Part shown: piece after piece, positions 25,628-39,578 of the stretch
Position numbering within the stretch: position 1 is the stretch's first letter
How the letters are laid out: every line of letters starts with the position of its first letter
NCBI GenBank assembly: GCA_051294905.1
Contig: CM119372.1
Span: 10,666,001 to 10,730,000, forward strand
From: Botryllus schlosseri
Taxonomy: Eukaryota
Length of the DNA stretch: 64,000 bases
Direction: 5' to 3'
Made by a program: the position numbers and the translations under genes
The notes under the pieces: generated by a model
Seen by the model: the letters and a program-made list of their open reading frames with translations, nothing else
The model's database searches: none
What the model was told of the DNA's origin: nothing

Positions 25628-28600
25628 GTGAGTACAACGCATGTTTTTGCGATCGGGTGACTTGTGGATTTCTCCGGGAATTTTTATGACTTTCGTGGTT
25701 TCCCGTTGTGCTGCGTGACTTAAATCGCGTGCGTACAACGCCGGTGACTTCGCGGCGGCTCTATTGTTGCGTCTATTGTTGTGTGATGGGATCTCGGCGA
25801 TCGGAAAGTCATAATGAGATCGCGATTTGCCGTTTCGCTGTTTTCAGCTTCCGATTTCGTTCTGTTGCTATTTGAAGCTTAGGTGTACGTTGTATTCGAT
25901 GTCTATAGTCCGGCGTAGTTAAAATGATCCAAGACGGTCGTCAATTGTCAAGCTCCTGAACGTGACCTGTAACATGTGGTGTAAATTACAGTTACAAAAT
26001 CCGAGTTTGACGTTGTAGAAATCCTGGATCCAAATCCGTTCAAATTCGTCCAGTCCTAATCCGGGCTCATATAGGATGAGTCTGTCCGTCTATCTGTTCT
26101 CAGAAAGGAGGAGCAATGGTCATGGTTTGGGATTGGATTCGATCAAAATAACTACGTTTGAAGATTTTGTGCCTGTTAAGCTTGACTGGGATTTAAAAGT
26201 TTTAATTATTCGCAAGTTTCATTCTATACTTATGTAAAGTTTTCAGTCGTTACCGGACATGGACTTGAATTTTTGCATGTTACGAACTGGTTTCTTGATT
26301 TGGACTTTGATTTGGATTTTAATCTCAAGCACGGAGCACGGATTTGATAATATTAATTCTTCGCATCTCCGATTAGTTAATCCAGTTATATATGGATAGG
26401 TCGGAGTTAAATCATATGATAGTCAGCGACTCGGAGATGCAAATTTCATTTTGCGAGTATTTGATGATTGCTGCCATTGCTGGTGAGTCATAGTTGGTTA
26501 TTCCAGGTTCCTGGTGGCTTTGCCAACATTTCATGATTTCAAACAGGCACAGTCGCTCAGGACATACAATAATACATACAAATATGACCAATGCTGGTAT
26601 GTTTTATGCAGCAATACTATTTTTCGTTCTTCGACAATGATTATGATAAGGAAGACTACCTGCAGTGCAGTACAAAACATTGCATTTCCGATACCCCGTT
26701 CTCGAAACGAATCTGATAGGTTTTACGTAACAAATCGCACGCAACTGCCATATGCCTCAGTTCGCAATTCGTTCACACACGACTTGCATTAAGGCGGGAT
26801 AGGAGGTAAAATGTGTCCAAGCGACTGGTGTATGGTTACATCATAAAGTGGCTCAGGGGAGTACCCACTACCCATAACTATATGGACTGAAGATGTCGCG
26901 CATATAGCCTGTGCTATTTTAGTACTGCGAAGAGTCAGTAACGTTGCCCAGTACCAGAGACGAAACATCAATTAGGCCGGTAAAAAGTACTTTCCTCAAT
27001 AATCGACTAAGTTCCATGAAATTTGACAGCAGCCTATTTATAAAGTAGAATTTCAACTGTTGAGTCAATGCCGCTGGCTTCATCATTGCTAGGCACATAA
27101 TAGCCCGTTATCATTCGTCACCATTTTTCTGTTCATTTCAGTGATGACTGTGTAGTTAGTTACCTTGGTAACCAGACAGTTTAAGCACTAGCCATTTCGG
27201 ACAATTTTTTACTTAGTCCAAGTCATTTCGGACAGACGTTTCGGACATCGCCATTGGACTTTTGTAATTTCGGACAAGTCATTTCGAACTTAGGCCTACA
27301 TTACTGATATTAATTTGTAATGCGATCGCCGTCACGGGTATGTGTGACCAGTGGGTGAGGGTGCTGAGGTGTTGACCTTTTTTTAGTAGTCAGATTACTA
27401 GATTTAGAGGTGAGTCTCGGAGCATTTTCAAATCGTAAATTTGATCGCGACCATCAAGCTGGGAACCACTGGTCTATCGAGTCATCGGTCAGCGATATGA
27501 CCCCGTATTGTACACACATTACATACTAGCTAGCTTCATTTTAACATATGACGGTGGGTTAAGGATGGTGTTAGGTAGGGTTCGGGTTCGGGGTTAGGTT
27601 TAGGGAGCCAGAGTTAGAACAGTGCTTATGAACCGTTTGGACCTCAGGCCACCCTCTGAAAAGGTAAAATAGTTCGAGGCACCCGAACACTACGAGTACC
27701 ATATGGCTGTGGAGAGTACAGTAGTGTAGTGTTACGTCGCGCTGCTGCAACACCAACTGGCTGCGGTTACGAGTCCGACACAGGTCGACTCCAGAACCCC
27801 TTTTTAAGTGTTGGCTGTGTGTTTATCTAGGCTTCATCAAGATCAAGATCAATCACTTCTATACGTCTGGCATTAGGTTGCGGCGATATCAGATTGAGAG
27901 ACCGTACTTGGTTATGTCGCATTGTAAATTGTGTGTCTTGAGCGGACTCAGAATATGGATTCATTCATTTTTGCTATATGTCGACCTTGCTTACCATATT
28001 CTCTCGCGGGACCCCTGAGCAGTTCAATTGGTGCATGCCCCGACACAACGGCGGAGAACTATTGAGTTAGAAGGTTGGGCGTTGGGGTACGGGGAAACGT
28101 TTACCATGAAAAAGACAGAAACTACGATGTAACATCTATCAAACAAGCACCTCGTATCAAAATATCTCACGTATTATCAGCAGCACCCTGCGATTTCGCC
28201 CTTGTTATTGCGAAAACAAACCGATTGTTCTCTGTGAATCGAACCGATGAAATTGGTCGACGGAATCCAGCGGGTTCAAGTTTTCGAATATTGATACTGA
28301 GCCGCTGTGAAATCGAACTCAGCGTGTTCCGTATATGAATGTCACCGTCATAGCTCAGCGAGTGATCGAATTGATTGTTCACGCATCTATACACTGATTT
28401 TGGTGTGAAACTCAACAGTCGATAAATAATCGGGATGGGATTTTGCGTATTGCTGAAAGCGTATAACATCTGACCGAAAGTTTTAATCGTATATGCCGAT
28501 GCAGAGGTTCATGTCTGGTAACGGATTTGTTTCTACTTATGTATTTTCTGAGAGTCAAGCAACCCTACTTAGGCCGCTAACTCAAGCGTTTTTCGTGCTG

Positions 28601-30139
28601 GGCTACTGCATCTTCTGCTCGAACTATTTTTAAAGATGAAATATTGCCTTCATCATTTGAAATTATGTTGGAGTATACTTTATGGACAGATTTGCTTAAT
28701 TTTATAAGTATCCGTCGAACGGCGTACTTTTAGACATGTAGTTTTGGCCTGCATTGGAACGGGTTACTTTTGCTTGGTGTTTCACATTGCTTCTACCAGG
28801 GGTGCTAGCGAAGTGGTTATACTTATTCGGAGCACTCGAGTAGGTTTTGCCTATACTTGTACTTCTTACTCGAATGGTCATGTTCTATATTACTTCCACT
28901 AATACTCGAACAGTGTCATTGACAAAACTATTGTAAGGTTACCGGTTTCCGAATTACTTTCAAAGCTTTTCCCGAATCATGTCCATAGTGCGATGCCGCT
29001 GAATATAAGTTTGCACATAGCTGCTTTGCGGGACCGAAACCAGGAGCGCGACTCGTGATTATCGTAAATATCTTTAAGTAACTCGCCCAAAGTCACGTTT
29101 GCCTTGAACAGTCACAGAGAAACTGAGTGCGCGCCTTGTCTGGAAATGTCAATCTATTTTCCATTTCGATCACGCAGCAACGGTGAATCGCGACAGGACA
29201 TAAGTCATAGATTTACAGGTTTACACCATTACACACGAGTGCGTTTGATCCAGGTATTCAGTTATGCATAGAGGTGGTCACTCTGGTTAGTCACGAAGTA
29301 CTTCTACTTTTCAGAGTACTCAAGTAGGTTTGGCCTACCTGTACTACTCACTCAAGTGGTAATGATTTTCGACTACTTCAACTGTGGATTATACCACTAC
29401 GCTATCTCGCCAGAGATGTAGTTCTTAGCAAGTAAAAAGTAGTTTGTATCCATTGTACGAGTAGAATTGTCATGACAACTGGGAGAAAGAGCCCATGTAT
29501 CACGGTAACTGATATGATTGTCGAATATTACACCAATTTGCAGTGACATTAGTCATTTTAGGTTGGTCGCAAAAATGCACTTTGCAATTTTGAAAGTAGA
29601 AACATCCGATCAACGCCAACGCGCGACCAAATCTACTTTTTGAAACTACTTAGTTGGGTTACTTTTTGACCTTCATTTTCGACTTCCATTTGGAGTAGTT
29701 TTAAGATGTTTGAAAGTCGCTACTTCTGATAGAGTGGACATCTGCAGCGTTACTTCAACTTCTAATTGAGTGACAACGACGCCTGCGATACTTATCGAAG
29801 GAACCGGTACCAAACATGACAACATTGATAATATCTACTTATGCATTCCCTAATGAAAATTCAATTTCATCCAAAACTCTCGTGGCTAAGTGATTTTCTG
29901 TACTCTGCTCCATGTTGTGAGTTTACGTGGGGAATTTAGTCTCTCTGGTATTTCGCTAAATAGGCTATGTAAAAGGATAGCAGCTGTAATTCGTTGTATT
30001 GACATTCTTGGTGTCATTTTACTACAATGGACAATGGCCTATATTCTTTATTATGAATTCGTATCTGCTGACCTATACCATGGTGCCCTTGCAGGCTTTT
30101 TAAGACTCCGCTTACTTACGCGGTCGTGGTCGTGGTCGT

Positions 30140-31095
30140 GAACTCCTGTGATAACCTAACCGTTCGTTGACATCGCTGGTCAACCAATTTCCAACACTAA
30201 AAATGCCAAATACCTTGGTGTTTTACTGGATTCGGACATGTCCTGGAAGAGTCACATACAATCACTCAAACCACAACTATCGAAGGTATGTGGTCTATTT
30301 CGCCGCCTTAGCTACACTCTGCCAGTCAGCGTGCTGTTGATACTCTTCAACACTCTATTCCTATCAAAGTTACGATACAGAATTCTTTGTTGGGGTGCTG
30401 CTTGCAAGAATACAACTGACCCACTGCAAAAACTTCAACATCGGATCATCCGTATCATCGCCAAAGCCCCACGGGGGCCTGGATGTGCAACTGATAAATC
30501 GCTTCTCAAAAGATTTGGTGTTCTACACTTAGAAGATATGAGGACGCTAGAAATTGCCAAGTTTATGTATCAGTTCCATTGCGGTCAATGTCCCTTAAAT
30601 TTTAACGACTACTTCACCTCGGAGACAAAAGCGCACAAGTATACAGCACACGCGCGTCATCGAAGAACAACTACCATATGATCAGGACTGAATACAAGAA
30701 AACGCATTGCTCTATCAAGTATGCCGGACCCCAATTGTGGAACAGCATCTCGCCGGCTATCCGACAGTCGTCGAGCATGTCCGCATTCAAGTCGAAATAC
30801 AAGCAATTTCTTCTAAATCAATACTAGCCAGTCTTCAGGATTACCGGACCACGACCTAACATCGACCTCGCCCTCCGCCCCATGCCACCTCATTTTGTCG
30901 CTTGCGTCTTATATTCTCGGCATTACTTTTCATTCAGTGTGCATGCCTCTTATTTACTTCGCCTAGGCTAAGGTGGGTGTCTGATCTTAATGGCTACTCC
31001 AATTTGTTTCGACACCTTCCTATCTTTTCATTGTATCGCAGTCTTGTGATGTTTTTGAAACGATGAAAATATTAATAAACCTGATTGATTGATTG
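30140..31095 (+). mobile_element. 5'-truncated CR1/L2-group LINE 3' end, frameshifted
   Basis: KYLGVLLDSDMSWKSHI...LFNTLFLSKLRY...LEIAKFMY, then SIKYAGPQLWNSI in another frame; 3' UTR with AATAAA and a (GATT)n tail at 31074-31095. Confidence 0.9.
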
Positions 31096-31432
31096 ACGCG
31101 GATCAGAATTTAGAAGGATTGCCAAGTACCCGAGACGGTAGCACACTTCCTACTAAAATGTAGGAAGTACGATCGACATCGAAAACATTTGCAGGACAGG
31201 GCGCGGTATCTCAACATATCAATGGAAATCGTACCGTTGCTATCTAGCCCTTATACCAGTACACCAATAATTGAATTTGTCATGTTATCTGGTAGAGAAA
31301 TTGGGACAGCCTATATAAACCATAGAATAGAACTTTCGAAATTGAAATGGCATGGTGCGAAATACCATCCACAGTCATACCCACAATTTCCAATGATACA
31401 TAAATAGGCTACAACGTGAGGAGGGCTTAGAT

Positions 31433-32039
31433 CAGGGACGGTCAACCCGTGGCCAGAGAAGGTTTTGAATGGTCCGCGGGGTAATTATCGAAATTAGTTG
31501 TATTATCTAAAAATAAATTACCAAATCCAAATAATCTAAATTTGATTAGCCTGACCGCGAAATTTGGGATTTTGATGACCAAAATGTCTGTTCCGATTCA
31601 TTGGTGTTGCCCGGGGCCAGCCACATTTTTCATAGATTGTCGTATATGGCCAACCATAAAGTACAATATTTCGCATATTAGCCGAAATCTTCGATATTTA
31701 TATTTCCAAGCGACGGAAATCTTGTCCTTGCCAAATGAGCCCAGCGGTATGCAGATGCGACCCGGAATATATGCAAGTAACATTGTTATCGACCGAATTC
31801 ATTCATTAACTTTAAAAATATTTCGCGCTGCGCGCGGCTAGGTCTTGGGTGCACACCGAGACTTCATATCATAATTGTTATTGATTTTGATGCGAATTAA
31901 TATAAGTATTGTTTTCACCGTTACCTAATCCGGTTCGCTCCTATCGGAAGACTAAAAAAGGTCATCAACATTCAAGTGGCCCGCGCAATGGTTCGCAAAT
32001 CTCATGTGGCTCGTTGGCGGAAAAGGTTGACTATCTCTG
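31433..32039. mobile_element. hAT-type MITE inserted in a SINE
   Basis: Exact TSD GCTTAGAT (31425-31432, 32040-32047); the flanks continue the tRNA-SINE sequence. Confidence 0.85.
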
Positions 32040-34879
32040 GCTTAGATAAACCTCCAACACATGGGAAGGAATTCTGGAATCGAACTCGGTCGGACTCGAA
32101 CTCGCAACCTATTGGCGTTGCGGCTGTGGATGCTGCAATTTGTAGAACAGACAGAATTGAGAGAATCGTTTTATCGCAGTGAAATAGGATTTCATATTTG
32201 TGACGTCACCGACACTATGCCGTCACAGTGGTAGATAATTTCTGAGGGTCAGAGCACCTATATAATCCCACGTAGTACTCAAATGACATATATATCACAC
32301 CGGAAATAAGCACAGCAATGCCGATATAGTTTTTCTTTCTTCTGATTGTCACCTCTTTTGAATCAAGTGTCCAGTTGACCACCAGCGACTTTCTGAAGAT
32401 ATTAAGTGGGTAGTCGCGAAACTTCTTGAATTGCATCTTTGTTTGTTTGTTTGTTTATTCCATATATGACAGTGGTGCTTATCGGCTATTAAGGTCATGT
32501 GCTCCACGACAATGATTTGGTAATGTTCTGTACCTTTGCAATCGTAATCTTCCGGCCGACTTCCACACTCGTGCGCTTCCAACATCAGTCTCTATCGTTT
32601 TGCTTGCGCCCAGAACTTTATCGTTGCTGCCGACTTTCTTGGCTCGGCTTACCATCAATCTGGTCTTTTTGAAACACTGCTATGGCAGTGGGGTTAGCGA
32701 TGAGGAGCATCTAGTCTAGCACTACTTTGAATTGCGTTATGCAATGTTATGGTTTATACACACTGCATGAAGGACTGTTAGTTTATTTGTCATATTAACG
32801 CAATTGGCGCTTATCAACACTTGGATCATTCGCGCCCACACAGTAATTTCATAAATTCGTGTCGGTTGAGGTCTTTTTCCGCTTTCTTGCTTACTTTTTC
32901 TGGTCTCTGTCGCCATCTTTCTTGAGTTCGGCTCTCTTCCTTCTGGGCTTTTCAAGACGCTGCATTTACAGCCGGATCGGCGACGAGGATCCCAGATAAA
33001 CCGCTGACACATATAAACATGTCAGAGCTGAGACTGGAACCAGCAACCGTTGGTGTCAGGCAGGGCCGGGCATAATGATTAGAGTACTCGAATCTGAATC
33101 AAGTATTAATTGTAATGATTCGAGTCGAGTAGTAAAAGACGATTTTTCGAGTACCGGAATTATACGCTCCTCGCAACTGGAAGTTAATTTATCAACGAGA
33201 ATTATAGTTTCAACCGCAATTTTCATTGTTGAAGCCTTAAAACCTTGATTGGTCGTATCGTAGGATACGAAACATAGTACAAAGCTACGAACGTTACCGG
33301 AACTAGCATATTTCCGAAGTCATGTTCGTCACCCAACATTGTCACCAAGTGCAATAAAATCGTTACGGTCGAAAAATACCAAATATCTTTATTGTGAAGG
33401 ACAATAGGCATTATATTCTTTGTGGTGGCATAAAAGGTACATAATTGAACTTTCACATATTACGTTTTGGTATGACATCATAATGAGTGATATTCGATTA
33501 CTCGGCTCGACGCATATTACGTGATTCAGAATCGAATCCCTCAGGTACTCGGGGGAAGCGGGTGGCGCAGTTGGTTAAACACTGCAGTCACGACACCAAT
33601 GGTTTATCTGGGCTCCTCATCGCCGATTACGCTGCAGATGCAGCGCCTTGAAAAAGCCCAGAGGAAGAGAGAGAGCCGAACTCTAGAAAGATGGCAGCCA
33701 AAGATCATGTTGAAGGAACGAAAGCAAAAGACAACTGACGTTAATGAAATTCATGTACTGGGCGCAAATGACCGTGTAGGCGATAAGCACCAACGATGTC
33801 ATGAAACAAAACAAACTCATATACTCGATTTTGCCCAGCCCTAGTGTCGGGACGGTGTCGCTTTGCACACTATGCGCCACTCGCTTACCAAAGACTGTTA
33901 GTATATGCATCTGTTATGTACAATACACAACCGGCCCGATGCGAAAGACGCTATTTGCTCATAGTTTCTGTCGGTCCTAGTAAAAGCAATCCGCGCCGGT
34001 CCGTTACATGATCTCAGTTCCGAGCAACCAACCCTTGATATTCGAGTAATCGACTATTTGGCAGAGGTATCACCAAAATCGCCATGTCACTCAATTGTAT
34101 ACGTGTAGAAATTTTTTAACATGACAAGTGTTCCAAACAATGCCGGATCATGTTCGCTTCCGCTGCTCCACGCTTTCTCATATTCATCCAGTCTGCATGT
34201 TGGCATTTCTGAATAGAGATAGCGTAGTAGCGGATGCGTTTCGCGTTTACGATGTGCGCTTCCAGTCGAAGCATTGTGGTTGGTGTCCGCATCGTCAGAT
34301 CTTTCCACGATAATCGTGGGCGCATGCGTTATCAAGATGAAACAATAGCGCAATAACTCCAGCACGCATATCTGCGGTTTGTGTTGTGTGGTTGCCGCTA
34401 CAATGCCTCTTATCGAAATAACTTGAACGATCTGTGACGTTTCAATTATTCTGAGTGGAAAATACGAGAATGACCCCCACCGCTATCAGTTAACTGGCAG
34501 TTTTGTCCTGAATCTGCATTGCGAGCCGGTCATCCTGGCATTCTGGCAAATTTAATTCCGGTAGTCTTGTTTGGTTATTCACTTCGCAAGCGGTACTGTA
34601 ACGAAAATCGCGTATTTCGCCGATTTCCACCGTAACGTATAAGGTGCAAATCGGGCAATGTTTTGCTTTCACGCCTATTCCAATGGGTGAAATCGAGTCT
34701 AATACACCAATTCTTATGGAGATATGTATATATATGCAAATGCATATATCTCAGGGGCGGAGTTCTGTTTTCGTATTTTGCATCAAGAAAGCGCAACACT
34801 GTGGAACACCTGAACGGAACCCACTTTACCCCTGGGATGTCTCTAATAATTGATAGATTTAAACCGTGTTCGCCTATTA

Positions 34880-35474
34880 CATGGGCGGGCATTATATGGA
34901 CCGCCGGCCGGATCCGGCCCGCGACGGGATTTTGAGCGGCCCGCAGAGATTTTTTACCCTGAAAGTGAAATTATAATCTGAAAGTATTGACAAATCTTAT
35001 GCGTCACAGAATTAATCCAATTTGCCAACCTGAGAAAGCGGTCATGAAGCTACTTACGTTCTGTTCGGGTCTACAATACACACATCTGCGAGCGAAAATT
35101 TTCGACCATGAACAATATGAACATTTACAAGACAAGGCTACATTCCAGTATAATTGATGTTCACGTGCAGTCTTTACTAAGCGTTTTTACATCCGACATG
35201 CAGCCAGAGTTGAACCTGTTGACCTGATTTGATCGACCTCGAATGTCTGATTGACTTCAATTAGTTCAACAGCTATTGAAGTACATTAGGTTAATATATC
35301 CATTAAATACTGTTTTTTGTCTCTATGCTTTAACTAAAAGTTTACATTAAATACGATTTACTCCTTGTATATGTGGATAAATACGAGATTAATGTATCAA
35401 TTATGTAATCCAGCCCGCGAAATACTTTATTTTCCCATATCATGCCCACCGACCTGAGAAGTTGCCAGCCACTG
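34880..35474. mobile_element. hAT-type MITE (GGCCCGC motifs)
   Basis: catgggcgggca...ttgccagccactg; its 5' part recurs at ~36158-36430. Confidence 0.7.
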
Positions 35475-35696
35475 ACCTATTAGAATGGGCGTGATGGCAG
35501 AAGAAAGTGCAGATGGCTTGATTTGCAACCTACATTTTGGTGGAAATATGTTTTCTTCGTTTGACTGAAATAAAGCGAGAAAGATTTAATATATACTGAT
35601 TAAACAAAAGAATTCGAAAACAAAGTATTACAGCTTTGGACTCTGCTACACGTCTCGGTCTTATATCATCACCTCAGTGTGCGACAAGCTCTAGGA

Positions 35697-37181
35697 CAGT
35701 GGTTCTCAACCTTTTTGGCTTCGCGGACCCCTTTTGACCGTCACGGACTCTCGCGGACCCCCTCAAGTTTTAGTTCAATTTTAGCTCTATTATGGTGCAA
35801 CCTTCATACCTGTCTTGTGCAAATATGAACTGTAGGCTTGTGATAAACAGAAAAATAATGACTTTTCTTGAAAATATCATCATACTATTTATGTAGAAAT
35901 TGGTAGACTTCGATTATTTCAAAGCTAATTTTGCTGCTGTATTTCTTGAAGTACGTGGTCGTGTCTTGAAAATCCGCGTCTTCGTTTTGATATGAACGAG
36001 GAGTGCCGAAAACCATTTCCGGAAAGATAGATGGATGCATAACGCATAATGCATAACGCATAACGCTTCCGACGATACTTTCGGTGTGATCGCAACATTT
36101 ATGGCACCAAAATGAAGAAACATCTATTTTATGAACATACCACGTCCAGCATCTAGCGCAGGGACGGGCAACATCACAGACCGCGGGCCGGATTCAGCCC
36201 GCGACGGCATTTTGATCGGCCCGCAGAAAGTTTCTACCGTCAAAGTTAAATCCTAATCTAAAAGTATAGACAAATTTTATGTGCCAAAGAATGGATCCAA
36301 GTTTTCCCAACCGAGAAAGACTTTCATGGAACTACTTTTTCTGTTCTGGTTTACATGTATATTAACGAGAAAACATTTTCGACCATGAAAAATTGAACAT
36401 TAACAAGACAAGGCTGCATACCAATATAACTGGTGATATAAATTTCAGGGTTGAAGCGTAATGCTTTGATAGCAACGAAACACTCCTTGTTCTTCAAAAA
36501 ACCCGCCTTGTCGATAGGGCATCCGCAATAAGAACGCGCCAAATCTGATAGCCGAGCTTTAAGAGCAGGTATATCATTGTCCGATTTATGACGGATGTCA
36601 GCCGAAAATATTCAGGTTCATTTCAATATGAATATACTTATTGAAGTTCTGTACCTCCTAAAAGCTGTTCAAATAGTGGTTATGTATATCACAGGATAAA
36701 ATGGATTTTGTGGCGAGGTTTCAATACCTGCATTGGGACAAATTAAGGATATACTTCGGAAATTTTTATTTCAAACGACTGTACTCTAATTTGATGAGAC
36801 TAACAACTTCAAATCGAGAAGGTTTTGCAGACATTACGAAGTCACCCTGATTGACGTTACAATCTCCATATTTTTATTTTGTCCACAAACCACTACAAAA
36901 CGTCTCCAAACAGCAATATGTTTGTATCAGCAGGTTAATGGAAAATGGGCAATGAAAATGAATTTCCGCACTACGATAGTTCATGTCAGACGATTATTAT
37001 GATGATATGAGTCATGAGGTTTTAGCAGTTGTGATACGAAACTGCCTCATGCTTTCTCAAATTAAAAAATAAAATAAAAATTAGAATATCAACAATACTA
37101 AAAATTTAGAGGTCTCGCGGACCCCCTGAAATTGCTTCGCGGACCCCTAGGGGTCCGCGGACCCCCGGTTGAGAAGCGCTG
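35697..37181 (-). mobile_element. Non-autonomous hAT (Charlie/Buster-like) element with transposase C-terminal remnant and captured fragments
   Basis: CAGTGGTTCTCAACC...GGTTGAGAAGCGCTG, exact TSD CTCTAGGA, CGCGGACCC repeats. Minus-strand FSALLVHIKTKTR...KTRPR (~35940-36030) resembles the hAT dimerisation motif. Confidence 0.85.
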
Positions 37182-39578
37182 CTCTAGGAGGAGAATTCCT
37201 GTTTACTATCTGACCTGACTTGATCGACGATGAGATATTGATTTCGCATTTCGGAAGTAAAAACTGTCAATCACATCGGTGACGGGGGATCGAGTGTATT
37301 GCGATCCTGAATTACTGGGTCAAAGTTCGCAATGGGCAGTTCCACTTGTAAATCTATTTTTTCGTACTTTGTTTTAGGATGGGATAGGGCAGTGATGTTT
37401 GTGACTTGAAATGATAAATGAAAGTGAAAATGTCATTGGGGTTAGTAGACAGAATTCCACGCAAATGCGGTCAAATTTTGCCGGAGTGGAGTAACCGCAA
37501 TTCAGAGTTAATAGATCCTTAACTACCATGAGATCCAATAAGTTGTATGCTTCCATCTCCACATGAACTACCTTCTGTTTTTGTAACGAAATTTGATCAT
37601 ATATATCAGTGGTTCTTGATCTTTACACACTTGGCGAATCTTCACGCTAATGACAAGCCTCCCGCGAACCCCAAATTTTTAGTATGAGTCAGAAAAACAA
37701 AAATCCACTACAACACAAATCTAATACATTACTATAAAATTCTGGCGCATAGGAAAACTATACATCAACAGCATTGTTAAAGGAACAAAACCGTAAGAAG
37801 ATGATTTTCACACAGAGCAAAACGTGTATATATAATGAATATTTGCTGCAAGCTAGCGTGACTTCTGCTGAATGAGTCTGCTTTGTGTCTTGACCTATAC
37901 ATCGAACCCATGGGATTGGCTCAGCGAATCAATGGAGTAGGTTTGAACCCCGGTTAAAATAACCTGGATTGATAGATTCATTCATTACGCCACATCAGTG
38001 AAGATCCGTGACCCCCAGTTCCAGTGCACAGTCACCACATGGCATATTGATAAGTTCGGGGCACAACCACACTATCTGCCTGCGGGTAATTCGGGCGGCT
38101 ACCCTGACCACATCATAAATTTCTCGATTTTGGTATTGGACGGAGTTGGAGTAATCTGTACAATTGAATGTGACAGATCGTCGATCAGATCAGCATTCTG
38201 AGTGGAATTTTCGCGCTGTCTGGCGGGAAATTTTATGTTATTCTAATTGTGTTCGCATGCAATTGTTTTATACATGGTGGTGAGAGCGTGTTCCTATTAC
38301 GCGCGTCACGTTTCTATTTGCCTTTGCGCTCTGTGCTGAGTAAGATCATTCATTAGACTGTTGAATGTCGCTGGATTGCGAACAGTTAGCATTGTTACAA
38401 ATGAATCATGATTTGCTCTCGATACGTTATGTTACATTAGAGACCATTCTGTTTAACAGCTCTATAATAACTCTGCAGCGTTTATCATATTCCTGAAAGT
38501 CTTGGAAAAATACTTGCCATTACTGCGTCATACTGTCCACACGTCGACTTGAATTACACCGGAGTCAGAGGTCGATATTATTACACCGCTACATATAAGC
38601 ATATCGGGGAACAAAAAGAGATCATACATTCTGCATCTCCACATCGACTTATATTGTGTGGAGGTCAGGTTTCGACGTCCATAATTAAGTTCGATGGCAT
38701 TGCGCTTGCCGTGATTAATATTGGTAGATTGGCGCTACAATGTTGGTTTCTCGCCGATTCAAACCGACCGCTTATTCATGACATCAATGACAGAAGTAAT
38801 ACGCTTTGTGATTTATAAATCCTGAATTAGCATATTCATTATGGATTCCAGCATAGCGTATGGTCAGGTCAAGACACCGGAGACAATGCATGACACACGG
38901 ATTCTAACTACAAGCAATTTCACACTGATGGATCAAAATAGGAAACTGGTTATTCCATTATAGACCGTCGAAAAAAGTCGATAATGCGCGTGTTATAAGC
39001 TATGTAGCAACAGTTGGTTGTGTATTTGATGGTAGTTGCGATTCATAACGCAGACCGATACTTCGGTGATATTTCTAAACGGCATATGCATTTATATATA
39101 GTCGAATTTACCTTCTTGGTGAGTCAATTCTATGAGATGCGTATAGGTCCGTTGCGAGGACTGTATTGTTATAGTCCTCGTACAACGATGCGCCGCCTAC
39201 ACTTGAAAAATATTGTCATCTCGCTGTGACCAAGCCGTTGCTTCAGTGTGGATGGGCACCTGAGTAGGAGAACATCCTATTCTTGATGTCTGCCGTGTAG
39301 ATGGGTCGCACATGGTGGGATTGTATGCGCAAATTATAGACATGCAAAGATGGTTATGATGCAATTTAATAAAATGTTGTTTCGATAGTAGGTAGTTCGT
39401 AGGTATCGTACGGTGTTCTTGATTGTATGCGGTAACTGTTTGTAGCACAGTCGAGATATTGTAGAATATATATGTTTTCTTGATTATACTGGAGAATTGT
39501 ATATATAAGGCTTCCAATTCAAAATGTAAAGGTGAATATAATGAATTTTCTAAAATTTTCAATTTAACATAATTTTAG

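Noticed and set aside
24984..25637. Antisense ORFs over the large exon (also at 42749, 46548, 50011)
   Set aside because: Shadows of GC-rich coding exons on the + strand.
32550..33850. Possible LINE ORF1 or RTE remnants
   Set aside because: Lys/Arg-rich short frames without a diagnostic motif; cannot be supported without a search.
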